Counted from the first letter of the stretch, positions 1 through 8,704 are shown. The stretch is DNA of 50,194 bases from Chthoniobacterales bacterium (GCA_013812515.1 JACCTI010000005.1:1-50194); one strand, 5' to 3'. A program made the numbers and translations. Notes: generated by a model not told the origin, from the letters alone.

Positions 1-64
1 CTTCCGTGCTCCGACCGTGAACAAATGCTCGGAACCTGCCTTCCTCCCGGCGTAAGCTGACCAA

Positions 65-1225
65 ATGGAACGGGCCAACATCAGCGGAACCAATTTTCGG
101 ACGGCGTTCGTGCTGCTCCTGGTGCTCGCGGTTTCCGCGCTTTTCCTTGCCGTGACGTGGCCGTTCCTGAAGCCGCTCCTTCTCGGCGCTATTCTGGCCG
201 AATTGTGCAGTCCTCTCTACCGGTGGACGTCTCGGCTGCTCGGCGGGCGAAAGTCTCTCGCCGCTGCCCTGACGCTCCTTCTTCTCTTCCTCGTGGTCTT
301 TGGTCCGATCAGCGCGTTCGTGGGCATTGTTATTCAACAGGCATTGAACATCAGTGAGCAGGCAATTCCGTGGGTGCAGCAGCACTTCGGCACCGCCAGC
401 AGCTTCAATGTGCACGATTGGCTTGTGCAACGCTTTCCCGCGTTGGCCTCTTACGTCCCGAGCGAGGCGCAAATCCTGGAGAACGTTGGCGCCACCGCGA
501 AATCGGTCGGCGGCTTGCTGGTTGCGAGCGCTTCCCGGATGACGGCGAGCACGGCTGCGTTCCTCTTGGATTTGTTCGTCATGCTTTACGCGATGTTCTT
601 CTTCTTCAGAGACGGCCGTCGGATTCTTGAGAAAATTTTGTATTACACGCCGCTCGGTCACGAGGATGAAGCACGCGTTCTGGAGCGCTTGAGTTCCGTG
701 ATCCGGGCGACGGTGAAAGGCACGCTGGTGATCGGCGTCATCCAGGGCGCGCTCGCCGGTCTCGGTTTTTGGGTCGCCGGCATTGAGGGCGCGGCGTTCT
801 GGGGAACCATCATGGCCATCCTTTCGATCGTGCCCGGCATTGGCGCAGCCCTGATCTGGATTCCGGGCGTGGCCTACTTGTTTCTCACCGGACAAACCCT
901 CCCGGGCTTGTTGCTGCTGGCCTGGTGCGCGGCCGTCGTCGGCACGGTTGATAACATCCTGCGTCCGACCCTCGTCGGAAAAGACGCGAGGATGCCGGAT
1001 CTTCTCATCCTCGTCGGAACCCTGGGTGGTTTATTCCTCTTTGGCCCGATCGGATTCATCGTCGGCCCGATTGTCTGCGGGCTTTTCCTCACCGTGTGGG
1101 AGATCTACGGCACAACATTTCGTCACCTTCTCCCGCCTGTGCGCAGCCTGGATTCCGGAGAAGCGAAACCGCCCGAGCCAACGACCGAAGAAAAGACCAG
1201 CCTTCCGGACTCGCAGAAAGAGTGA
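65..1225 (+). CDS. AI-2E family transporter (PerM/YhhT-like, UPF0118) membrane protein
   Basis: 386-aa ATG ORF. Multiple TM segments. Family-typical C-terminal core GTLVIGVIQG...PGIGAALIWIP...VDNILRP.LVG. Confidence 0.85.
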   Translation: MERANISGTNFRTAFVLLLVLAVSALFLAVTWPFLKPLLLGAILAELCSPLYRWTSRLLGGRKSLAAALTLLLLFLVVFGPISAFVGIVIQQALNISEQAIPWVQQHFGTASSFNVHDWLVQRFPALASYVPSEAQILENVGATAKSVGGLLVASASRMTASTAAFLLDLFVMLYAMFFFFRDGRRILEKILYYTPLGHEDEARVLERLSSVIRATVKGTLVIGVIQGALAGLGFWVAGIEGAAFWGTIMAILSIVPGIGAALIWIPGVAYLFLTGQTLPGLLLLAWCAAVVGTVDNILRPTLVGKDARMPDLLILVGTLGGLFLFGPIGFIVGPIVCGLFLTVWEIYGTTFRHLLPPVRSLDSGEAKPPEPTTEEKTSLPDSQKE

Positions 1226-1440
1226 AAGTATTGTTAGACGCTGGTAAATCAGTATCAAAGCGCAAGAGCTTCCGAAGTCACCCAACGATAGTTAGATGAA
1301 TATCATGCTCCAGCTGAAACTGGCGCGCGTTCGGCTCGCTCGCCTGCGTCACGCTCCCTGTCCCTGCCCGCGACTGGCAACACGCCGCGCACTCTGCGTG
1401 ACGGTTAGTCTTAGGCGTAAGACGCAAGATAAACTTCTAT

Positions 1441-2138
1441 GTGTCCCACCTCGGACCGCGTTTTAGAATCATGAAGCGGTTTTGGCGCGAGAACAGCCTT
1501 TCGATCGTGATGCTGGGCTTGTTTTTCGTTTTTTTCATCTTTGGACAAGCTTACAGCGGCTATTTGGAGTCGAACGAAGATCGCTCGCAGCACGGCCAGC
1601 CAACGCTGCGGTTTCCAGAATATCTCACGAGCGCCCACTTTGCGGAGGCCACGATGGAGAACTGGGAATCCGAGTTTCTTCAGATGGGCGTATTTGTCTT
1701 TTTCACCGCGTTTCTTTATCAGAAGGGCTCTGCCGAATCGAAAGACCCGCAGAAGCGCGAAGAGGTCGATCGCGATCCACGCAATGTCGGCGACAAGAGA
1801 AACGCACCCTGGCCAGTGCGCCGCGGGGGCTGGATCCTGACACTCTACGAGAATTCACTTTCGCTCGCGTTTCTCTTTCTCTTCTGGCCAGCTTCCTTTT
1901 GCACGCGGCGAGCGGGCGTTCCGAGTATAACGAAGAGCAGCTTCTGCATGGCGGTTCCACGGTTTCGATTGCTGGCTATCTCGGCACCAGTCGTTTCTGG
2001 TTCGAATCGTTCCAGAATTGGCAGAGCGAATTCCTCGCCATTGGCTGCATGGTTCTCTTTACGATCCATCTCCGGCAGCGTGGCTCGCCTGAATCAAAGC
2101 CGGTCGATGCGCCGCATTCCGAAACGGGCGGCGGATAG
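1441..2138 (+). pseudogene. DUF6766-like small membrane protein, split by a single-base frameshift near 1882-1890
   Basis: The N-terminal half (MKRFWRENSLSIVMLGLFF...WESEFLQMG...LYENSLSLAFLFLF) is in frame 1. The homologous second half (LLASFLLHAASGRSEYNEEQLLHGG...FQNWQSEFLAIG...RGSPESKPVDAPHSETG) is in frame 3. The two halves are internal repeats of the same motif set. Confidence 0.6.
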
Positions 2139-2402
2139 GCTGCCTTCCCAGTTGCGTTAAGATTCCCGCGAACCTGAGGCTGTTGTGTTCGCTGGCGGGG
2201 GCTGCCGCCAATCCGAAGCGTGACTTCCGGTGATAAAGCCGGCGAATGCTACTATCGAGGAGACAACGAGCCGGCCCGAACCTCAGCATCGCCCGACGAC
2301 TTCCGAAGGCGCTCGCCAGTGAGGGCCTTCTTTCCCCCGTGTGGTCTTCGCGAACGCGATCTCGCCAAGCACGCGTCGTAATGCGGCTAACTTCCGGGCC
2401 GG

Positions 2403-3122
2403 TCAGCCGTTTGCTGGATTGTTAGGCGAAACGTCTTTCGTTAGTCCGGCGAAGGAAAGGACGAGCGTCCGCTCGAAGGCGAGAAAAGAAACGAGAAGGC
2501 CTATGAGCGTAATCGCGGTCGCGCTCCGAATTGGGTATCCGCTGTAACTTGTGCCGAGCACTGGCCAGAGGACAAGGGCCACCGCCACAAGGGGCAGCAA
2601 AATGAAACCCGCGAGGGATAGGAGGCGACGCGTTTTGCGAGACATGCGCGGCGCAACCAAGCCGTAGGCGACCCCACCGAGCCCGCCGACCACAATTTGC
2701 CCGAGGACGACCGAGCCGACGCCCAGTTGCTTCATGCGATTGTAGCCGCCTAGGCGACCCATGAGCGCGAGGAACTCGTCCGCCGGAATGAACACGGACA
2801 GCCTGTCTCCGAAAATCGCGAGCGGCGTGGCGACTCCGAACATCCAGGCGAGCAACAGCATGACTGTCGTCATGACCACTCCGGCGAGTGCCCCGGCCAG
2901 GAGACCTGCGCCCGCTACTTTCCAGCGGGAGATCGGCGGATGAGCGAGCGGTCGCTTTTCGTTGCTCACTTTGATGGGGGGCGCGGCTGCATTTTTGTTC
3001 CTCTGATCGTGCTGCGGCGGCGTATCTTGATCGATGTGCGAGCTGAAGTCTCTCCTGATTTTAATAGGGGGCTCGTTGCTCTTGCTGGAGCCGCTGGCAG
3101 CCCAATCGCCCCCCTCTTCCAA
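2403..3122 (-). CDS. hypothetical polytopic membrane protein (start uncertain; the GTG at 2969 would avoid overlap with the divergent gene)
   Basis: 239-aa ORF with 4-5 hydrophobic helices after a low-complexity N-terminus. No family recognised. Its 5' end overlaps the divergent ORF starting at 3034. Confidence 0.5.
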   Translation of the reverse strand: MEEGGDWAASGSSKSNEPPIKIRRDFSSHIDQDTPPQHDQRNKNAAAPPIKVSNEKRPLAHPPISRWKVAGAGLLAGALAGVVMTTVMLLLAWMFGVATPLAIFGDRLSVFIPADEFLALMGRLGGYNRMKQLGVGSVVLGQIVVGGLGGVAYGLVAPRMSRKTRRLLSLAGFILLPLVAVALVLWPVLGTSYSGYPIRSATAITLIGLLVSFLAFERTLVLSFAGLTKDVSPNNPANG

Positions 3123-3699
3123 ACGGCCAACGAGCGAGCCTTACACCGGTGATCTCGGGATTTTCGAAAACCCGACTCGCGCGAAAAACCTGCAGATCGA
3201 TCGCGTTATGGATCTGCTCGGGATTAGACGCGGGGCGCGCGTGGCGGATATTGGCGCGGGCTCGGGATGGTTCACGGTGCGCGCTGCAAAACGAGTCGAA
3301 GCGACCGGCGTGGTCTACGCGGTGGAAATCAATCCGGACTACGTCCGGCACATCAACAATCGAGCGAAGAGGGAGAAGCTCGCGAGCGTTAGAACGATCT
3401 TGGGCAGACCGGATGACCCGCTGCTGCCCCGAGAATCTGTGGATGCGGTTTTGCTGTTAAAAACGTACCACGAAATCGCGGAGCCGATCGCGGTCTTGCG
3501 CAAACTGCGCGTTGCGATGCGGCCCGGAGGCCGGCTTGGCGTGATCGATAAGAACGGCATCGGCAGCGATCACGGATTGAACGCGGATGTCGTGATCCAG
3601 GAAGCCGCGGAAGCTGGGTTCAGGTTCGCGGAGCAGCATGACTTTGTGAAGCCAGATGGGATGGATTACTTCCTGATCTTCCGACCTGCGGCTCTTTGA
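3034..3699 (+). CDS. class I SAM-dependent methyltransferase with N-terminal signal peptide or membrane anchor
   Basis: Motif I VADIGAGSGWFT, then VYAVEINPDYV. The hydrophobic N-terminus LLILIGGSLLLLEPLAAQ looks like a signal peptide. Confidence 0.8.
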   Translation: MCELKSLLILIGGSLLLLEPLAAQSPPSSKRPTSEPYTGDLGIFENPTRAKNLQIDRVMDLLGIRRGARVADIGAGSGWFTVRAAKRVEATGVVYAVEINPDYVRHINNRAKREKLASVRTILGRPDDPLLPRESVDAVLLLKTYHEIAEPIAVLRKLRVAMRPGGRLGVIDKNGIGSDHGLNADVVIQEAAEAGFRFAEQHDFVKPDGMDYFLIFRPAAL

Positions 3700-3745
3700 T
3701 TTCAGAGCATCTGCCACAATCATCCCCGTCGCCGCGCCAATCGTT

Positions 3746-3912
3746 TGTCATCCCGAGCCGCGAAACGGCGAGGGACCTCACAATCGGAGTCAAGACGAAC
3801 TGTTCAACCCCGCACGTGGGCCACTCAGCTCAGGCTCTCTCGCGTGACACGGCCGGGGGGAAATTGGGCGACCGGGACGTCGTTGGACGCGCTTCGGCGG
3901 CTCGGAATGACA
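3746..3912. repeat. MITE-like 167-bp element with terminal inverted repeats TGTCATCCCGAG / CTCGGAATGACA
   Basis: The termini at 3746-3757 and 3901-3912 are near-perfect reverse complements. Internal blocks (CGGCGAGGGACCTC, GCGTGACAC, CGCGCTTCG) recur in a second copy at 40138-40261. Lies between convergent genes. Confidence 0.5.
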
Positions 3913-3918
3913 GGCGTC

Positions 3919-4605
3919 CTACCGTTCCGCGGCCACGCGGAAAAATGTCGCCAGGATTCGTGTTCCGGCGACGAAAGTGCCACGCAACGTCCCGGAGACC
4001 TTTGACTCTCCGCCGGTGCGGCAGCGATGGTTCACCGGCACTTCAAGAATACGCAGACCAGCCCGGGCGGCGCGCATCTGCATCTCGAGATTCCAGCCGT
4101 AGGTCTGTTCCCTCATTCCCAGGCGGTCAAGTGCGTCGCGCCGGATCGCGCGGAACGGACACATGTCCGTATACTTCACGCCGTAAAGCGGGCGGATCAG
4201 CCAGCCGGCGAAGTACCCGGCGAACACTTGCTGCGCGTTCATGCTCCCTTTTTCGCGTTCGCCACGTGTGCGCGAACCGATGGCGAAATCCTGCTTCCCC
4301 TCGACGATCGGCTGCAGCAGCCGATCCATCAGCTCCGGGCAATCGCTCCCGTCCCCATCGAGGAAGACAACGATCTCGCAATGGGGTGAAAGCGCGTGAA
4401 TCCCTGCCGCGCACGCGCGCCCGTAACCTCGTGGAGCCTCCACCACGCGCGCTCCCGCTTCGCGGGCGCGCGCGGCTGTGCCATCCGTGCTGCCGTTATC
4501 GACTACGATCACCTCCGAGGGCAACCCCGTTGCCAGACAGCCGCGCACCACATCTCCGATTGGTTCCTCTTCGTCCAGGGCTGGGATAACGACGCAGACG
4601 TTCAT
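3919..4605 (-). CDS. glycosyltransferase family 2 (DPM1-like)
   Basis: MNVCVVIPALDEE...VIVVDNGSTDGT...FLDGDGSD...YGWNLEM motifs. Start set at the ATG at 4605; the 47 upstream codons of the long ORF look non-coding. Confidence 0.85.
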   Translation of the reverse strand: MNVCVVIPALDEEEPIGDVVRGCLATGLPSEVIVVDNGSTDGTAARAREAGARVVEAPRGYGRACAAGIHALSPHCEIVVFLDGDGSDCPELMDRLLQPIVEGKQDFAIGSRTRGEREKGSMNAQQVFAGYFAGWLIRPLYGVKYTDMCPFRAIRRDALDRLGMREQTYGWNLEMQMRAARAGLRILEVPVNHRCRTGGESKVSGTLRGTFVAGTRILATFFRVAAER

Positions 4606-4758
4606 GTGTAGCGCATGCGTCTCGCTTGCGATTGCCCGCTGCGCAAGGGGGGCACGCGCTCCGTGGGTGACGCGCGACGTTCCGTCATGGGGAAAACCTT
4701 CTCCTACGAGGGCGTGGGCCGACGAAGCTCGCGATAGAAAGAGCATCGCCCTCCAGCA

Positions 4759-5829
4759 TCAGCGGAGAACGATCGTCCCTATGCCGAAGTAAAAGAGAAG
4801 CGCGAAAAAATCCGTGAACGCCAGCGTGACCGGACCCGCGGCGATCTTTGGGTCGAGCTTCAGCGAGTGCAGCAGCGACGGAATCGAAAGGCCGAACAGA
4901 CACGCCGTCACCAGTGAGAGGGCGATGCTGGAGCCGACCGCCGCCGCGCCCGGCAGGTCACGGCGCCAGATCCAAACGATCGCCGCCACTACAATTCCGC
5001 ACCCGCCGCCCAGCAAAACCGCGGTTCCTGCTTCGCGGCGGAATGTCTCGACAAACCAACGCCGCGTTAGCGAAGTCGAGCGCAACGCCTGAATTGTAAC
5101 GCTCATCGATTGCATGCTGACGCTCTCGTTCAGGCCGAGGACCATGGTGAGGAAGAACGCGATGACGAGGCTGCCGGCCAATGTCGCCTCGAAGGCGCCG
5201 GCGAGAACGGCGCAGATCGTCCCGCTTAGCACGGTCGCCATCAGCCAGGGAAAGCGATACCGGAAAACGCGAAGCGGTGACGCGTCCTTGATTTGTGCGA
5301 GCCGAAAACCGAGCGCTTCGAAAAGGTCATCCGAGGGGGCTGACGCTGGAGCACGCTCCCCTTCGCGCTCGCCGGCCTCGAGAAGCTCCTGCCGGAAAAG
5401 ACCGACGTCCACAACGCCGAGCACGCGCTTCTCGGAATCGACCACGGGAAACGCCAGGAACTTGTAGAGGACGAAAAACTCGCATGCTTCCAGGATTGTG
5501 GCCGTCGCCGGAAGAGCGACCACGCGGCGAATCATGATTTCCTCCAGGCGAGTTTCGAGCGCGCTCGTAAGCAGACGTCGTGTCGGTAAAACGCCCGCGA
5601 GCCGTCGCTCGTGATCGACGGCGTAGAAGTAGATCACGCGTTCGCCGACACCTTCGCGGCGGATCTGGTTGAGCGCCTCCTGCACGCTCATGTCGGCGCG
5701 CAAAAGAGGCAGGTCTTTGCGCGCGTGCGCTGCGATCGGCTCGTCAAAATCCGGAATGGCCGCCGGGTCGATCATCTCCGTGGCAGATGCGTCTCGCTTG
5801 TGGTGTATCAAGGCGCAAGCCGGAGGCAT
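4759..5829 (-). CDS. mgtE: MgtE-type divalent cation transporter (CBS pair plus MgtE TM domain, lacking the usual N-terminal domain); alternative start at 5775
   Basis: CBS-like segments (VIYFYAVDHERRLAGVLPTRRLL; FLAFPVVDSEKRVLGVVD) followed by RFPWLMATVLSG...FLTMVLGLNESVSMQS...KLDPKIAAGPVTLAFTDF. Confidence 0.7.
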   Translation of the reverse strand: MPPACALIHHKRDASATEMIDPAAIPDFDEPIAAHARKDLPLLRADMSVQEALNQIRREGVGERVIYFYAVDHERRLAGVLPTRRLLTSALETRLEEIMIRRVVALPATATILEACEFFVLYKFLAFPVVDSEKRVLGVVDVGLFRQELLEAGEREGERAPASAPSDDLFEALGFRLAQIKDASPLRVFRYRFPWLMATVLSGTICAVLAGAFEATLAGSLVIAFFLTMVLGLNESVSMQSMSVTIQALRSTSLTRRWFVETFRREAGTAVLLGGGCGIVVAAIVWIWRRDLPGAAAVGSSIALSLVTACLFGLSIPSLLHSLKLDPKIAAGPVTLAFTDFFALLFYFGIGTIVLR

Positions 5830-5832
5830 GCG

Positions 5833-6969
5833 CTACTTCGTGATGCTGTGGACAATTCCTTTGGTCCGCAGAATGTCGGCGGCTTCGCTGAAGTAATCCT
5901 TTACGTCCCCCTGCTGGCGAATCCAATCGAGGTAGCGGCGGATCCCCTCGGCGAGATCCACCTGCGGCTTGTAACCGGCGGCCTGAATGCGTTCTGTTCC
6001 GCTGGTCAGATGACGCATCTCGCCGGGGCGAAATTCGCCATTCACTTCGGATTCGATGCGGATGCCGAGCGCGTCAGAAATTTGCTCAGCCACTTCGCGA
6101 ATCGGGACGCCTATTTGGCTGCCGACGTTAACCGGCAGGCCGTCGAGCTTGTCGCTCTCAGCCACGAGCAGATTGGCGCGCGCAATATCTTCCACGAAGG
6201 AGAAGTCACGCGTTTGCTCGCCATCTTCGTAGAGGACAGGCGGGAGATCGTTTAGCAGCCGCGTGCAGAAGATCGCGATCACACCGGTGTATGGATTGAA
6301 AATGGATTGGCGTGGTCCGTAGGTGCACGAGTAACGCAGCGCGACCGTCGGCACGCCGCTCTGCTTGCCCCAAAGGAGCACCAGTTTCTCCTGATCGACT
6401 TTCGTTAGGCCGTAAACGGTCTCACCCCCGACCGGCGCAATTTCGGGCGTCGGAACGCTCGCGGTGACTTCGTGGCAAATCGGGCAATGCACCGCCCAGT
6501 CGGCTGCACGGAGCTGCTCGACCTGGCGCACGGGTGGGAAGACGACCCCGTGTTTCGGACAGTTGCCCGCTCCTTCGCTGTAGACCGCCTGTGAAGAAGC
6601 GACGACGACCTTCCTGATCGGCAGGTTCTCCTCGCGAATGATCTCCAGCATTTGCGCGGTGCCCAAGCTATTGACGTCGACGTATTTTGCGATCTCCGGC
6701 ATGTACCCGCCGTAAGCCGCCTGGTGGAAGACAACGTCCATGTCTCGGAGCGCGGAGGTCATTGTCTCGCGGTCGCGCAGATCGCCCTGGACGAACTCGG
6801 CCTCGGAGTTCACCCACGAAGGTCGGCCGAGTTTGTGCGTGTTGGGCTCGAGATTGTCGAGAATCCGCACCTTCCACCGTTCGCGCACCAGCAGGTCGAC
6901 AAGATGTGAGCCAATCAAGCCTGCGCCGCCAGTGACGAGTGCGCGTTTGCCAGTGTTGAGTCCAGTCAT
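5833..6969 (-). CDS. NAD-dependent epimerase/dehydratase (extended SDR) with a Cys/His-rich insertion
   Basis: Rossmann motif VTGGAGLIGSHL and catalytic YGLTK. Start set at the ATG at 6969 (MTGLNTGKRALVTGG). Stop lies 3 nt from the next gene's start. Confidence 0.85.
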   Translation of the reverse strand: MTGLNTGKRALVTGGAGLIGSHLVDLLVRERWKVRILDNLEPNTHKLGRPSWVNSEAEFVQGDLRDRETMTSALRDMDVVFHQAAYGGYMPEIAKYVDVNSLGTAQMLEIIREENLPIRKVVVASSQAVYSEGAGNCPKHGVVFPPVRQVEQLRAADWAVHCPICHEVTASVPTPEIAPVGGETVYGLTKVDQEKLVLLWGKQSGVPTVALRYSCTYGPRQSIFNPYTGVIAIFCTRLLNDLPPVLYEDGEQTRDFSFVEDIARANLLVAESDKLDGLPVNVGSQIGVPIREVAEQISDALGIRIESEVNGEFRPGEMRHLTSGTERIQAAGYKPQVDLAEGIRRYLDWIRQQGDVKDYFSEAADILRTKGIVHSITK

Positions 6970-7089
6970 GTTGAGCGAAGAGTAGCGGAGTCGAGCCGCC
7001 TCACAAGGAGCGGCGACGCTCTTCTCGCGGTGACTGATGGCTAATCTTCGGCGACAACCGTGTCGCCGCTCCACTCGACGTGCGAGCCG

Positions 7090-7863
7090 CTAGCGGGGCC
7101 AGATGCGATCGCGGCCTTCGCGTGCGATTACTCCGGCCAGGAAGCCGTGCGTTTCAGGTGCGGCATAGCCCGAAGAGGCGTCCGGCGGCTCGAGCAATTC
7201 GGCACAAAGCCGACGCAGTGTCGCGCCATCATCCACGTCATACCACTTCGGCAACAGCTCAACGCTGAGACCGATTTCTCCCGAGCGCTCAATTGTTTGT
7301 TCCGCGACGCTTTCCGTACTCCAGTCTATTTGTTCGAACAACGGCTGATGCGCTGTTTTCAGGCCGATCAGGTAATAGCCACCATCATCAGACGGGCCGA
7401 GCACGACGCGATCCCCTGGTTGCGATAGGAGCTCGACCGCTCGCCCGTAGGCGCGCTCCGGCACCGTGGGACTGTCCGAGTCTATCAGGCAGATCGAAGC
7501 AAACCCGACCCGCAACAGGTCTTCGCAAGCCAAATGGAGTCGCTCGCCAAAGCCATCCCCGCGTTGCGGGATCATTTCGAAGTGGCCTGGGAGAATCTCC
7601 GCCCACGCCGCTTCCGCCCCGCGAGGCGTGTAGACCGCAATCCCAGCAGCTCGACCTTCTGCCGCCACCGCCGAAATGGCAGCCGCGGTGTCGCGCAGGA
7701 AGCAAATGTTCAAAGCAGCCGCTTCCTCCGATGTGAGCGGAGGCGTCAGACGCGTCTTCACCTGCCCAGCTCGCGGCGCCTTTGTCATCACCCCAAGTGC
7801 ACAAAGATCCGGCGGCACCTGCACGCCAGCACGTGGATCGAGGACGCGGTGAACGGCATTCAT
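7090..7863 (-). CDS. DUF2064 / TIGR04282-family nucleotidyltransferase-fold protein
   Basis: GVMTKAPRAGQVKTRL.PPL...FLRDT...IPQRGDGFGERL...CLIDSDSPTVP...VLGPSDDGGYYLIGL...IDWST...V are the family hallmarks. Start at the ATG at 7863. Confidence 0.75.
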   Translation of the reverse strand: MNAVHRVLDPRAGVQVPPDLCALGVMTKAPRAGQVKTRLTPPLTSEEAAALNICFLRDTAAAISAVAAEGRAAGIAVYTPRGAEAAWAEILPGHFEMIPQRGDGFGERLHLACEDLLRVGFASICLIDSDSPTVPERAYGRAVELLSQPGDRVVLGPSDDGGYYLIGLKTAHQPLFEQIDWSTESVAEQTIERSGEIGLSVELLPKWYDVDDGATLRRLCAELLEPPDASSGYAAPETHGFLAGVIAREGRDRIWPR

Positions 7864-7897
7864 TGGAGCCGCGCCCTCTCCGTTGTACGAGAGTGCG

Positions 7898-8704
7898 TCA
7901 ACCCTTTTCGCAAAGCGCGTACTGGTAGCGCCCGTCCTGCCAGGTCTCGACGCGACTCCAGGGTTGCGATGCGAACAGGGCTTTGAACGCCACCGGAGAA
8001 AGCACAGTGGCTTTGCCCGGCTCGCAGTAGCCGTTCCGCACGCGCGTGAGACCTGCCAGCGCCCACATCGCGTAAAGCGGCAATGAAGCCCAGAATGCAT
8101 ACCGCGGCTCGGCAATCAGACACCGTCCTCCTGCCCTGAGGATGCGAAACATCTCTGCCACGGCGCGTTCCTGCTTGGGCAGCACCGTGAAGAGACGCGC
8201 CGCGATGACCGCGTCCACACTGGAGTCTGCGTGCGACAGATGGGCCACGTCGTCCGTATCGAATTGGCAATTCTGCAGTGCCGCACCGTGCGCCTTTGCG
8301 GTGGCGCATTTCAATTGCTGCGCGGAGCGATCAACGCCTAACACGGAGATCTGCGGAAAGCGGGCCGCGAGACCACAGGAATAGAATCCCGGTCCGCAGC
8401 CCAGCTCGATCAACCGAGTTCCACGAGGCGGATTTCCATTTGGCCAAAGCGCTCGAACGATACGCTCCGTGTCATCGCGGAAAATCTTTTCGCGAAAAAA
8501 AACATACAGCCATGCGAAGCGCTCGAAGAGACTGTCACTTTCCGCGTCCTCAGACGCTAAGATCTCGCGGAGGCTGGATATTGGCTCGGACTTTCTCGCT
8601 GTGGGAGAGGGGGATCCTGTGAACTCGGTTTTGAGTGTGTTGGCCGATTCTGTGAGGTCGCTGGGGACAAGCCTGGCTTCAATTTGGGCGGGCGGGCTGC
8701 TCAT
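7898..8704 (-). CDS. class I SAM-dependent methyltransferase
   Basis: Motif I LIELGCGPGFYS, post-I VLGVDRS, and VDAVIAARLF. Confidence 0.8.
   Translation of the reverse strand: MSSPPAQIEARLVPSDLTESANTLKTEFTGSPSPTARKSEPISSLREILASEDAESDSLFERFAWLYVFFREKIFRDDTERIVRALWPNGNPPRGTRLIELGCGPGFYSCGLAARFPQISVLGVDRSAQQLKCATAKAHGAALQNCQFDTDDVAHLSHADSSVDAVIAARLFTVLPKQERAVAEMFRILRAGGRCLIAEPRYAFWASLPLYAMWALAGLTRVRNGYCEPGKATVLSPVAFKALFASQPWSRVETWQDGRYQYALCEKG

Noticed and set aside
1882-1890. Programmed ribosomal frameshifting at the three interrupted genes (also 17450-17520 and 31126-31136).
   Set aside because: No X-XXY-YYZ slippery heptamer or downstream pseudoknot-like structure is evident at any site. 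The second VPDSG paralogue needs two separate frame changes, which fits decay or sequencing error better.
3696-4589. A 297-aa plus-strand ORF rich in Arg/Ser/Pro, overlapping the GT2 gene.
   Set aside because: It runs antisense to a well-supported glycosyltransferase. Its low-complexity R/S/P/A composition is typical of shadow ORFs in high-GC DNA. The same reasoning rejects 19133-19759(-), 30872-31699(-), 36625-37308(+), 40221-40943(+), 42300-42947(-), 44194-44940(-), 45650-46180(+), 49323-50006(-) and the many shorter overlapping track ORFs.
7090-8115. The 341-aa extended form of the DUF2064 gene and other long N-terminal extensions in the track (5833-7074, 8738-9829, 10495-11340, 38261-39343, 39551-40135, 41268-42074, 16549-17217).
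   Set aside because: The extensions overlap upstream genes or consist of low-complexity sequence ahead of an internal ATG. That ATG is immediately followed by the conserved N-terminus or a signal peptide, so the internal starts were used instead.
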